Positions 1 to 9,073 of a stretch of 28,937 nucleotides of DNA are shown here, piece after piece (the first letter of the stretch is position 1; every line of letters starts with the position of its first letter). The stretch is taken from contig DASVVA010000016.1 of NCBI GenBank assembly GCA_036386775.1, forward strand, positions 1 to 28,937, read 5' to 3'. The translations under genes were made by a program, and so were the position numbers. The DNA comes from Minisyncoccota bacterium. GTDB lineage: Bacteria > Patescibacteriota > Minisyncoccia > Phycocordibacterales > Phycocordibacteraceae. Under the pieces are notes generated by a model. It saw only the letters and a program-made list of their open reading frames with translations, was not told where the DNA came from and did no database searches.

Positions 1-1
1 C

Positions 2-1372
2 GTGGGTGTGTGCGGTACAGCCATGGGCTCGCTTGCTGGTCTTTTGGGAGAAGCAGGGTATGAGGTGACCGGCTCCGATACCGGTTGCTACCCTCCGATG
101 AGCGACCTTATTACTGAGCTCGGCATAACTTTCTTTGAAGGCTATGACCCCGACCACCTAAAGGACGCCGACATCATCATCATTGGTAACGCGAGCAGCC
201 CGGATAACGTCGAGGCGATATATGCGCGCGAGCAGGGGTTGCCGACGCTTTCCTTGCCCGAAGCCGTCGCCGAGTTCTTCATCAAGGGTAAGCGCTCGCT
301 TGTGGTTGCGGGTACGCACGGCAAGACGACTACCTCAGGCCTTTTAGCGCATGTCTTTACGTCTGCAGGGAAGGAGCCCTCCTATTTGATAGGTGGAGTA
401 CCGCAGGGCTTCGGGAAAGGGTTCCATGTTGGAAAGGGTGATCACTTTGTCATCGAGGGAGACGAGTACGACACTGCCTACTTTGATAAGCGACCGAAGT
501 TCCTCCACTACCGTCCGACAAGTGCCGTCATCACCTCACTTGAGTTCGACCATATCGATATCTACGACGACCTCGACGACTACCGCCAGGCATTCGTGTT
601 CCTTACGGAGCTCATTCCCGAAGGCGAAACGTTTTTCGTTTGGGGAGACGGTGCCGAGACTCGAGCACTTGCAAAGAAAGGTAATGCAAAGACGTACGGA
701 CTTGAGGAAGGAAACGACATTACCGCGAAGAACATTACAGTGTCACCGCCGGGCCAGCGCTTTACTCTCGTCATCGACGGTAAGGAGATAGGGGAGGTGG
801 AGACACCGCTATTTGGAGAACACAACTTGAATAACGTTCTTTCCGTGTGTGCCGTTGCGCTTTCGGAGGGCATGTCGTTCGAAGAGCTGAAGAAAGGAAT
901 TGGCTCCTTTACTGGCATGAAGCGCCGCCAAGAAGTCATCGCAGAAGAAAAGGGCGTGACATTCGTTGACGACTTTGCCCACCACCCGACCGCAGTCCGC
1001 GAGACATTAAAGGCAATAAGGATGAAGTATCCAGAGCGGCGCATCATTGCACTCTTTGAGCCGCGCTCTAACACAAGCCGTAGAAAGCTTTTTGAACAGG
1101 GTTACATTGAGTCCTTTGACGAGGCCGATGCGCTACACCTCAAGGTTCCACCGATGCGGCATAACGACAGTGCAGAAGACTTTATGGATGCCGAGAAGGT
1201 GGTTCGTGAAGTTACCGCGCGCGGCACCGAGGCACGCCTTTATGAAACAGGCGACGAGCTTGTTGCGGGAGTAGCGCCAACGCTCCAGACGGGGGACGTC
1301 GTCCTCATCATGTCGAACGGCTCCTTTGACGGCATCTACACTAAATTGGTAGATGCGTGGTGTGCTGCGTAG
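2..1372 (+). CDS. mpl: Murein peptide ligase Mpl (UDP-MurNAc:L-Ala-gamma-D-Glu-meso-DAP ligase), probably 5'-truncated by the window edge
   Basis: Motifs GVCGTAMGSLA, AGTHGKTTT, EGDEYDTAYFDKRPKFLHY, DDFAHHPTA, FEPRSNT and MSNGSF match the Mpl branch of Mur ligases rather than MurC (GIGGxGMS, EADESD). Confidence 0.85.
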   Translation: MGVCGTAMGSLAGLLGEAGYEVTGSDTGCYPPMSDLITELGITFFEGYDPDHLKDADIIIIGNASSPDNVEAIYAREQGLPTLSLPEAVAEFFIKGKRSLVVAGTHGKTTTSGLLAHVFTSAGKEPSYLIGGVPQGFGKGFHVGKGDHFVIEGDEYDTAYFDKRPKFLHYRPTSAVITSLEFDHIDIYDDLDDYRQAFVFLTELIPEGETFFVWGDGAETRALAKKGNAKTYGLEEGNDITAKNITVSPPGQRFTLVIDGKEIGEVETPLFGEHNLNNVLSVCAVALSEGMSFEELKKGIGSFTGMKRRQEVIAEEKGVTFVDDFAHHPTAVRETLKAIRMKYPERRIIALFEPRSNTSRRKLFEQGYIESFDEADALHLKVPPMRHNDSAEDFMDAEKVVREVTARGTEARLYETGDELVAGVAPTLQTGDVVLIMSNGSFDGIYTKLVDAWCAA

Positions 1373-1380
1373 CTACTTCT

Positions 1381-1821
1381 TTACGCAAGAAAATCGTGCG
1401 TGTAGTACCCCGTTACCTTACGTGTGCCGTCGAACGTAAGGCTGTGCTCAACTGGTGTGCAGTGTTGGTCCCAATGACTGATAGCGGTTTGTTCGTTTAC
1501 ATAAAATCCGCTGTGTAGGTACACGCCGCTCTTCTGCTGTTTTTCCTCCCATATCACCACATCACCCTCATGCGGCATGTCGGTCTTTCTCCAGCCTGAC
1601 GCTTCCAAGTCCCTCACCGTACCAGCAGTTCGGAGGTGGAGCTCTTTTATAAGGCCGAAGCCGCGCAACATGAATGAAACAAAGAAGGCGCAGGAGAGCT
1701 CTCCGTCTCGCACGAGGTTCTGCTCTATGCCATCTACGAGAGCGTAGTTATAGCGGAACATCTTCGTACCTACAGAGTTCCTGATCATTGCCAAGTAGGT
1801 TGCCTTAGGTACGAGCTGCAT
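1381..1821 (-). CDS. Hypothetical protein, putative NlpC/P60/CHAP-like Cys-His hydrolase
   Basis: SCAFFVS (candidate catalytic Cys on a helix), GDVVIW, then HSGFY (candidate His); spacing is typical of papain-like NlpC/P60 domains. Confidence 0.55.
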   Translation of the reverse strand: MQLVPKATYLAMIRNSVGTKMFRYNYALVDGIEQNLVRDGELSCAFFVSFMLRGFGLIKELHLRTAGTVRDLEASGWRKTDMPHEGDVVIWEEKQQKSGVYLHSGFYVNEQTAISHWDQHCTPVEHSLTFDGTRKVTGYYTHDFLA

Positions 1822-1911
1822 AACGTTGCATACAGAATACCAAATGCCTGAATGGCGATATGGTGAAAACTTGGTCGCGTGGCGCAGAGCAGCCCGACCG
1901 TGCCCCCATTC

Positions 1912-1940
1912 TTGCCTTTTAGTATGAAGAAAAGTATCCT
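1912..1940 (+). promoter_or_regulatory. Sigma70-type promoter for fusA
   Basis: TTGCCT-17 nt-TATCCT, about 50 nt upstream of the fusA ATG. Confidence 0.55.
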
Positions 1941-1992
1941 ACAACCAACGCTTTGAGCGGGCTTTTTCTTTTAATTAACCTTTGACTAACTC

Positions 1993-4140
1993 ATGAATCG
2001 CGATTATCCACTCGAGAAAGTGCGCAACTTCGGTATCGTCGCCCACGTCGACGCCGGCAAAACGACCACGTCCGAACGCGTGCTCTTCTATACGGGCTCC
2101 CAACACAAGATCGGTGAGGTGCACACGGGCGAGACGACCACCGACTGGATGGAACAGGAACGCGAGCGCGGCATTACGATCACCTCAGCCGCCATCACCT
2201 GCTTCTGGTCCAAGACCCAGGAACCGGATAAGAAAGATGCGTCGAAAAAGTACCGCTTCAACATCATCGACACTCCAGGGCACATCGACTTTACTGCCGA
2301 GGTGAAGCGCTCCATGCGCGTACTCGACGGTGCCATCGTCGTCTTTGACGGCGTTGCCGGTGTCGAGCCGCAGTCAGAGACCAACTGGCGCTATGCCGAC
2401 GAGGCGGGTGTGCCGCGAGTTTGTTTCATCAATAAGCTCGACCGCACGGGAGCCTCTTTTGAGGACTCGTTCAAGTCTATCCTCGACCGTCTGTCGAAGA
2501 AGGCCGTTCGCGCGCAGATCCCAATGGGTGCCGAAGGAGACTTCGAGGGCGTGATCGACCTTCTTGCACGCAAGGCGTACACCTTCACGGGCAATATGGG
2601 TGAAGAGGTTATCGAAGGCGAAGTGCCCGAGCAGTATAAGGCAGACATGGAGAAGTACCGCGCTGAATTCGTTGAGCGCATCGTCGAGCACGACGAGGCA
2701 CAGCTGAACGCTTTCTTTGAGGGAACAGAACCGTCTCTTGAGGAACTAAAGAGCACGCTCCGCAAGGCGGTGATCGCAAACGAGATCTTCCCCGTCTACA
2801 CAGGCTCCGCACTCAAGAACAAGGGCGTGCAGCTCGTACTCGACGCCGTCGTTGACTACCTGCCATCACCGCTTGATCTCCCGCCGGTTAAGGGAATCAA
2901 TCCGAAGAATGACGAAGAAATAGAGCGCAAGCCGTCTGACGACGAACCGTTTACGGCACTCGCCTTTAAGCTCCAGACCGACCCGTTCGTCGGCGCACTC
3001 ACGTTCTTCCGCGTGTACTCGGGTACCGTTTCTGCAGGTTCTTATATCTACAACGCGAACACTGGCTCCAAGGAACGCGTTGGCCGCATTGTGCGCCTTC
3101 AGGCTGATAAGCGCGAAGAAGTAGAGAAGGTATTTACTGGAGAGATCGCTGCCTTCGTGGGCCTTAAGGACACGAAGACCTCACACACGCTCTGCGACGA
3201 AGCTAGTCCAATCATTCTTGAGCAGATCGTCTTCCCTGAGCCGGTCGTATCACTCCGCATCGAACCGAAAACGAAGGCCGACCAGGAGAAGATGGGCATC
3301 GCTCTTAAGAAGCTCTCGGACGAAGACCCAACCTTCAAGATTAGTAGTGACGAAGAAACCGCCGAGACCATCATCGCCGGTATGGGTGAGCTCCACCTTG
3401 AGATCCTTGTCGATCGCATGCAGCGCGAATTCAACGTGGGCGCGAACGTCGGCAAGCCACAGGTGGCGTACCGCGAGACGATCATGGGCACTGCTGATGT
3501 CGAGAATAAGTACATCAAGCAGACGGGTGGTAAGGGTCAGTACGGTCACGTGAAGATCAAGCTGAAGCACCTTGAGCCTGTTGACCCCGAGGCAAAGGTC
3601 GCAAAGAACATCACGCGCGAAGAGCACTTCGAGTTTATCAACAACATCAAGGGTGGGGTCATTCCGCAGGAATACATCCCGGCCGTTGAAAAGGGTATTC
3701 GTGAGTCACTGTCGCGCGGTATTCTCGCCGGCTACCCAGTCGTCGACGTTTCTGTCGATCTCTACGACGGCTCATACCACGATGTTGACTCCTCAGAAAT
3801 CGCCTTCAAGATCGCTGCGAGTCAGGCCTTCCAGGAGGCAGCACAGAAGGCAAAGCCCGTTATCCTCGAGCCGATAATGAAGGTCGAAGTCGTTGTCCCT
3901 GAACAGTTCATGGGTGACATCACGGGTAACCTCTCAGGAAAGCGTGGTGCAATCGAAGGCATGGAGGATCGTGGTATGAATAAAGCGGTTCACGCAAAGG
4001 TCCCGCTTTCGGAAATGTTCGGCTACACCACGACACTCCGTTCCATGACCGAAGGACGTGGTTCTATGACCATGGAGTTCGATCACTACGAAGTGGTACC
4101 AGCTAACGTGGCTCAAGACATCATTGCAAGTAGAAAGTAG
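1993..4140 (+). CDS. fusA: Elongation factor G
   Basis: AHVDAGKTTT, ERERGITITSA, DTPGHIDF, NKLDR, GMGELHL, YHDVDSSEIAF; 715 aa. Confidence 0.99.
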   Translation: MNRDYPLEKVRNFGIVAHVDAGKTTTSERVLFYTGSQHKIGEVHTGETTTDWMEQERERGITITSAAITCFWSKTQEPDKKDASKKYRFNIIDTPGHIDFTAEVKRSMRVLDGAIVVFDGVAGVEPQSETNWRYADEAGVPRVCFINKLDRTGASFEDSFKSILDRLSKKAVRAQIPMGAEGDFEGVIDLLARKAYTFTGNMGEEVIEGEVPEQYKADMEKYRAEFVERIVEHDEAQLNAFFEGTEPSLEELKSTLRKAVIANEIFPVYTGSALKNKGVQLVLDAVVDYLPSPLDLPPVKGINPKNDEEIERKPSDDEPFTALAFKLQTDPFVGALTFFRVYSGTVSAGSYIYNANTGSKERVGRIVRLQADKREEVEKVFTGEIAAFVGLKDTKTSHTLCDEASPIILEQIVFPEPVVSLRIEPKTKADQEKMGIALKKLSDEDPTFKISSDEETAETIIAGMGELHLEILVDRMQREFNVGANVGKPQVAYRETIMGTADVENKYIKQTGGKGQYGHVKIKLKHLEPVDPEAKVAKNITREEHFEFINNIKGGVIPQEYIPAVEKGIRESLSRGILAGYPVVDVSVDLYDGSYHDVDSSEIAFKIAASQAFQEAAQKAKPVILEPIMKVEVVVPEQFMGDITGNLSGKRGAIEGMEDRGMNKAVHAKVPLSEMFGYTTTLRSMTEGRGSMTMEFDHYEVVPANVAQDIIASRK

Positions 4141-4153
4141 TCGTATCTCGATA

Positions 4154-4195
4154 CGTACGCAAAAGCCCGGCCGCTCGGTCGGGCTTTTGCGTACG
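4154..4195. terminator. Long bidirectional intrinsic terminator-like hairpin after fusA
   Basis: CGTACGCAAAAGCCCGGCC-gctc-GGTCGGGCTTTTGCGTACG: 19-bp stem with one G-U pair, and A4/T4 tracts inside the arms. Confidence 0.8.
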
Positions 4196-4196
4196 C

Positions 4197-4202
4197 TATA
4201 CT
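4197..4202 (+). promoter_or_regulatory. -10 box of a probable leaderless transcript
   Basis: TATACT followed by exactly 6 nt then ATG 4209. Confidence 0.6.
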
Positions 4203-4208
4203 TAGGAG

Positions 4209-5390
4209 ATGAAACTTCGCTGGGCCGCGCTAGTGTTCGTTGCTGCCGGCGTCGTGTCGCTTGTTCCCGGTGCGGCTGAAGCAGCGACGCTAGATATCAC
4301 ACTGAAGACTCACTCGAATACGTCTGACGGAACTCTGTTCGTGGGCCTGTTTGATGCTGAGACGAGCGACTTCGTAAAGGGCATTTACCCAAAAAATGGA
4401 AAAGCCCGCTTCGTGGGTCTGGCTGAAGGCAGAACGTACCTACTCTCTGTTACTGGAAATTGGTACGAAGACGTATTCATTTCGATTCCAGTTACCAAGA
4501 ACAAAGTGAACAAGAAAGTCGCGCTCGCTATCAATAAAGATGACGGCACCGACTTCGGAGTCATCCCGTTTCCGTTAAACGCCGTTTCAGGGACACCAGT
4601 GTTCAGGCTTGGCGAGGCGCCCCAGTTTGGTGTAAGCGTAGCTGCACCAAGCGGAACGGTGCGCACCTACCTCATGCGGCACGGCGAACCCAAGCGGTAT
4701 CTGCTCTCCACCACGAGGCATATTCCTGGGAGCAATCTGTATGAATTCAAAGACGTACGGCCTAGTACAGCATCGCTGTCGGGAGTGACACCTGGAGGCG
4801 GATATTACCTTGCATCGTTCTATACGGGTGACGACGGGAAGTTGAAGTTAACCAACACAAGCCGGTACGGCGCATATATTAGAGTAGAGGGCGGCTTTTC
4901 CGCAAAGAATGTTGAGACGCATGTTGCAACCAGTCCTGCATCGCGAAATACCTACGTCAACGAGACGTACGGATTTAGCATGTCCTTCCCGCAGAGCTGG
5001 AAGCACGACGGCAAAGGGTCTGTGTATCCATCGATTACATATTGGGAACCTGGCGATTTTGCGTCGCTTCGGGTGTGGATCATCAGAGACTATCCGGGTT
5101 CTGCAAACACAGCGCTCGACAGCTACGTAAGTTCAAAGCGCACACAGCTCATGAAAGACCTCCGGACATTTAAGGCGAAAGAAGTTAAGGGGATAGTGGT
5201 AAATGGTGCTCCAGGAAGAAAATTGAGCGGTACCTGGATTGACACGGACGGCAGCGAAAGAACGACGGACATTTACGTGCTTTATAACAAAGGGAGGCTG
5301 ATCGAAATAACGGCCACAGGGCTGGTTGCCAACTTTAGTAGCTTCGAAGAAGAGGTTAAGGAAGCTCTGAGAAGTTTCACCTTTATATAA
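4209..5390 (+). CDS. Secreted multidomain protein: signal peptide, beta-sandwich (carboxypeptidase-regulatory/prealbumin-like) region, C-terminal PsbP/Mog1-like domain
   Basis: N-terminal MKLRW, hydrophobic stretch and AEA-A cleavage motif; beta-rich middle; C-terminal YVNETYGFSMSFPQSW is typical of PsbP-like domains. Confidence 0.65.
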   Translation: MKLRWAALVFVAAGVVSLVPGAAEAATLDITLKTHSNTSDGTLFVGLFDAETSDFVKGIYPKNGKARFVGLAEGRTYLLSVTGNWYEDVFISIPVTKNKVNKKVALAINKDDGTDFGVIPFPLNAVSGTPVFRLGEAPQFGVSVAAPSGTVRTYLMRHGEPKRYLLSTTRHIPGSNLYEFKDVRPSTASLSGVTPGGGYYLASFYTGDDGKLKLTNTSRYGAYIRVEGGFSAKNVETHVATSPASRNTYVNETYGFSMSFPQSWKHDGKGSVYPSITYWEPGDFASLRVWIIRDYPGSANTALDSYVSSKRTQLMKDLRTFKAKEVKGIVVNGAPGRKLSGTWIDTDGSERTTDIYVLYNKGRLIEITATGLVANFSSFEEEVKEALRSFTFI

Positions 5391-5393
5391 CTC

Positions 5394-5413
5394 GCCGCCC
5401 CGGGCGGTCTTTT
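5394..5413 (+). terminator. Intrinsic terminator candidate
   Basis: GCCGCC-ccg-GGCGGT followed by CTTTT, right after stop 5390. Confidence 0.5.
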
Positions 5414-5431
5414 CGTTTATGTCCACTGGCC

Positions 5432-5437
5432 TATACT
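5432..5437 (+). promoter_or_regulatory. -10 box of a probable leaderless transcript
   Basis: TATACT, 6 nt, ATG 5444. Confidence 0.6.
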
Positions 5438-5443
5438 GGTCCT

Positions 5444-5887
5444 ATGGAAAGGGCACTTGGTTTCTTCGTAGTTTTTGGCGTCATTCTAATTGGCGCGCTC
5501 GCGCTAGTCGACCGAAAAGCTGCAGCCCCTGAGCCATCAGAGGCCAACAAACCTGCAGTTACAGAGCCTTCCCGCACATTCGCGTGGCGCTTTGAGACAA
5601 AGGAGGCCGAAGGTGAGCTGCCGCCACGCAGCCGGGTGGCGCTCATTACGGGCGGAGAAGTGTACGATGTTGGCGAATACGCCGGGAGCTGTGCAGAGGT
5701 TCCTGTGGACCGACTCCTGCCGGGGGAGGTTGCCGCCGTCTTGTGTTGGTGGGCAGGGAAGGGCGACGAGATCGCTGTCTTCAAAGAGGGAGAGCGTCAT
5801 GTGGTAAAGCTTGGTCTCCAAGAGGAATCCACGGCCGAGTCGGATGGGTTCCGCGGTGACTTCCGCGAGTACTTCACTCTCGACTAA
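5444..5887 (+). CDS. Hypothetical membrane-anchored protein
   Basis: One N-terminal hydrophobic helix (LGFFVVFGVILIGALALV) and a soluble domain with two Cys (SCAEV, LCWWAGKGD); fills the gap before tuf. Confidence 0.75.
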   Translation: MERALGFFVVFGVILIGALALVDRKAAAPEPSEANKPAVTEPSRTFAWRFETKEAEGELPPRSRVALITGGEVYDVGEYAGSCAEVPVDRLLPGEVAAVLCWWAGKGDEIAVFKEGERHVVKLGLQEESTAESDGFRGDFREYFTLD

Positions 5888-5899
5888 AAGCTTGCGGGG

Positions 5900-5928
5900 T
5901 TGACCCTATGTTTTGACCGCGTTAGAGT
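5900..5928 (+). promoter_or_regulatory. Sigma70-type promoter for tuf-rpsJ
   Basis: TTGACC-17 nt-TAGAGT; an 8-bp inverted repeat CGCGTTAG/CTAACGCG (5918-5940) overlaps the -10. Confidence 0.6.
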
Positions 5929-5985
5929 GGGCCTAACGCGAAACGGCGCTCTTTTCATGTTCCCATAGTGCTCGGGAGCTTGGTT

Positions 5986-6018
5986 AAAGGCGCTGCGCGG
6001 GTTACGCATAGCGCCTTT
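5986..6018 (+). promoter_or_regulatory. Stem-loop in the tuf 5' leader
   Basis: AAAGGCGCT-GCG...CGC-AT-AGCGCCTTT. Confidence 0.5.
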
Positions 6019-6087
6019 GATCATTTCAGGGCGCAGGCGATGCACTTTTGTTCTATATCTTTAACTTACTAGTTACTTACTAACACT

Positions 6088-7290
<1,203 letters not shown>

Positions 7291-7310
7291 CCCGCATACC
7301 TTCTTCTCGT

Positions 7311-7670
7311 ATGGCCACCACCAAGAAAGCTCCCGCGAAGAAAGCTGAAGCCGCGCCTGCGGTAGAGGCCAAGCTCCGCATCCGCGTGCGCGCCTACGAG
7401 CACAAGATTCTCGATCTGTCGGTGAAGCAAATCATGGACACGGCGAATCGCTTTGATGCGAAGATCGTCGGGCCTGTACCGCTTCCGACCGAGATCAAGC
7501 GCTGGACTGTGAACCGCTCGACGTTCGTCCACAAAGACGCACGCGAGCAGTTCGAGATGCGCATCCACAAGCGCCTCATCGACATCCTTTCGCCCAACCC
7601 GAAAGTGATCGAGGCCCTCACCAATCTGAACTTGCCCTCGGGTGTGACGATTGATGTGAAGATGGTGTAG
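7311..7670 (+). CDS. rpsJ: 30S ribosomal protein S10 (uS10) with Lys/Ala/Pro-rich N-terminal extension
   Basis: LRIRVRAYEHKILD, GPVPLPT, REQFEMRIHKRLIDI. Confidence 0.99.
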   Translation: MATTKKAPAKKAEAAPAVEAKLRIRVRAYEHKILDLSVKQIMDTANRFDAKIVGPVPLPTEIKRWTVNRSTFVHKDAREQFEMRIHKRLIDILSPNPKVIEALTNLNLPSGVTIDVKMV

Positions 7671-7683
7671 CTAAAAACTCACC

Positions 7684-7719
7684 AAACAAGAACCGCTCAG
7701 AAATGGGCGGTTCTTGTTT
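7684..7719. terminator. Intrinsic terminator after rpsJ
   Basis: AAACAAGAACCGCTCA-gaaa-TGGGCGGTTCTTGTTT: 16-bp stem (one G-U pair), GNRA loop. Confidence 0.8.
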
Positions 7720-7768
7720 TTATCAGCAAATCTGGCATATTCGTCACAGAGCACAGGAGGGCTCGCAT

Positions 7769-8254
7769 ATGCACCTGGGAGTTTTGTTCGCTGCAGCGCA
7801 GCGGGCCGAAAGCATCCTCAACGCGTTCCTGGAGCAGGACTCCGGCATCGCCAACGACCTGATTGCGGAAGGCAAGTTCGGAGGCTATCTTTGCCTCGCC
7901 TGTCCCGAAGGCTACCCGTTCGCGGTTGTGAGCATCGGGCGACCCGATCCCGGCAAGCTCGATCGTTACCTCACCTTTTCCCAGGAGAAGGCCCGTAGGC
8001 TCGCGGCCCATCCGGAACACCGGCTCAGCTTCGAAAGCAGGGATCCGGAGAAGGATCAGTGGGGCGGAGCGGTCCGTGGCGACATGTTCATCGTCAGCTT
8101 TTCGGGGCTCCCCGAGCGTCTCGACGAGGTCCTCTCGGCGCTGATTCTCGTGAGCTGCGATGATGTCGAGTTCCAGGATGCGATGTCGAGGATTGCCGGC
8201 AACCCCTATGTCGAGAAGCTGGGCGAATCCAGACTCGCGGCGTTCCTCGTCTGA
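7769..8254 (+). CDS. Hypothetical protein, possibly GlcG/HbpS-like fold; start reassigned from 7703 to 7769
   Basis: AGGAGG at 7755-7760 lies 8 nt before ATG 7769; the 7703 start lies inside the terminator; EKARRLA...WGGAVR...SFSGLPE..DE resembles the GlcG-like GG..I.GVSG..D pattern. Confidence 0.6.
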   Translation: MHLGVLFAAAQRAESILNAFLEQDSGIANDLIAEGKFGGYLCLACPEGYPFAVVSIGRPDPGKLDRYLTFSQEKARRLAAHPEHRLSFESRDPEKDQWGGAVRGDMFIVSFSGLPERLDEVLSALILVSCDDVEFQDAMSRIAGNPYVEKLGESRLAAFLV

Positions 8255-8264
8255 ACCCCACAAC

Positions 8265-8293
8265 GCCTTGGACCAAAATCCGGGGCCTTTTTA
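8265..8293 (+). terminator. Intrinsic terminator candidate
   Basis: GCCTTGGA-ccaaaa-TCCGGGGC (8 bp, two G-U pairs) then CTTTTTT. Confidence 0.45.
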
Positions 8294-8313
8294 TTATTTA
8301 TTGAGAGCGCGAT

Positions 8314-8342
8314 TTGCATTTCGGAAGCCCTGTCTGTATAGT
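8314..8342 (+). promoter_or_regulatory. Sigma70-type promoter for rplC-rplD-rplW-rplB
   Basis: TTGCAT-17 nt-TATAGT with an AT-rich upstream tract. Confidence 0.65.
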
Positions 8343-8445
8343 GCCCCTAATAACGCTACGTACGGCAGATTCGCTGCTGGACCAATGGCCGCTGAAAGGA
8401 GACCTCTCCTGAAACGCGCCATTGTGCGCGTTTCGCTTTAACTAC

Positions 8446-9063
8446 ATGAAATTCATCCTCGCTAAAAAGGACCGCATGACCCAGCTCTTCGATGAGCAGG
8501 GTCGCGTGTGGGCAGGTACGGTTCTTAAGACTACGCCACTCACTGTCACCCAGGTAAAGACCGCCGACAGCAAGGACGGCTACTCTGCCGTGCAGGTTGG
8601 CTTTGGTGAGCAAAAACTGGAACGCGTTTCGAAGGCGGTGCGCGGTCACCTAAAAGGTAAGGCTTTTAAAATCGTTAAAGAGTTCCGCGTCGAGAACCCT
8701 GCTGAATACGAGGTCGGCAAGGAAATTGGTATTGATACGTTTGCTGTGGGTGATGGCGTCGTTGTTGCGGGCACAGTAAAGGGTCGTGGTTTTGCTGGCG
8801 TCGTGAAGCGCCACGGTTTCCATGGAGGCCGCCGTACACACGGCCAGAAACACTCTGAGCGTGAGCCGGGCTCCATTGGCGGCGGCGGACGTGCTGGCGG
8901 TCGCGTGGCTAAAGGCATGCGCATGGGCGGCCGCATGGGCGGTAATCGGGTTACGGTCGAAAACCTGAAAGTGCTTCACGTTGATGCAGAGAAAGGCGAG
9001 ATCATTATTTCGGGTGCCATCCCTGGCGCTCGCGGCTCACTGGTCGAGGTCGTCTCGATGTAA
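8446..9063 (+). CDS. rplC: 50S ribosomal protein L3 (start at ATG 8446, not 8422)
   Basis: KKDRMTQLF, DGYSAVQVGF, KGRGFAGVVKRHGF, REPGSIG, GAIPG. Confidence 0.98.
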   Translation: MKFILAKKDRMTQLFDEQGRVWAGTVLKTTPLTVTQVKTADSKDGYSAVQVGFGEQKLERVSKAVRGHLKGKAFKIVKEFRVENPAEYEVGKEIGIDTFAVGDGVVVAGTVKGRGFAGVVKRHGFHGGRRTHGQKHSEREPGSIGGGGRAGGRVAKGMRMGGRMGGNRVTVENLKVLHVDAEKGEIIISGAIPGARGSLVEVVSM

Positions 9064-9073
9064 CTAGATTTGT

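Noticed and set aside
2209-2250. Short insertions in EF-G (KTQEPDKKDASKK, and a domain IV loop near 3570-3630)
   Set aside because: Small surface-loop indels; all catalytic motifs are intact, and nothing in the sequence suggests a function
5888-6087. Possible tRNA genes upstream of tuf
   Set aside because: No T-loop (GTTCRA) or D-loop consensus and no cloverleaf found
7697-8263. 188-aa minus-strand ORF mirroring the insert between rpsJ and rplC
   Set aside because: The plus-strand frame has the SD, the motif-like content and flanking terminators in the right orientation; this looks like an antisense shadow
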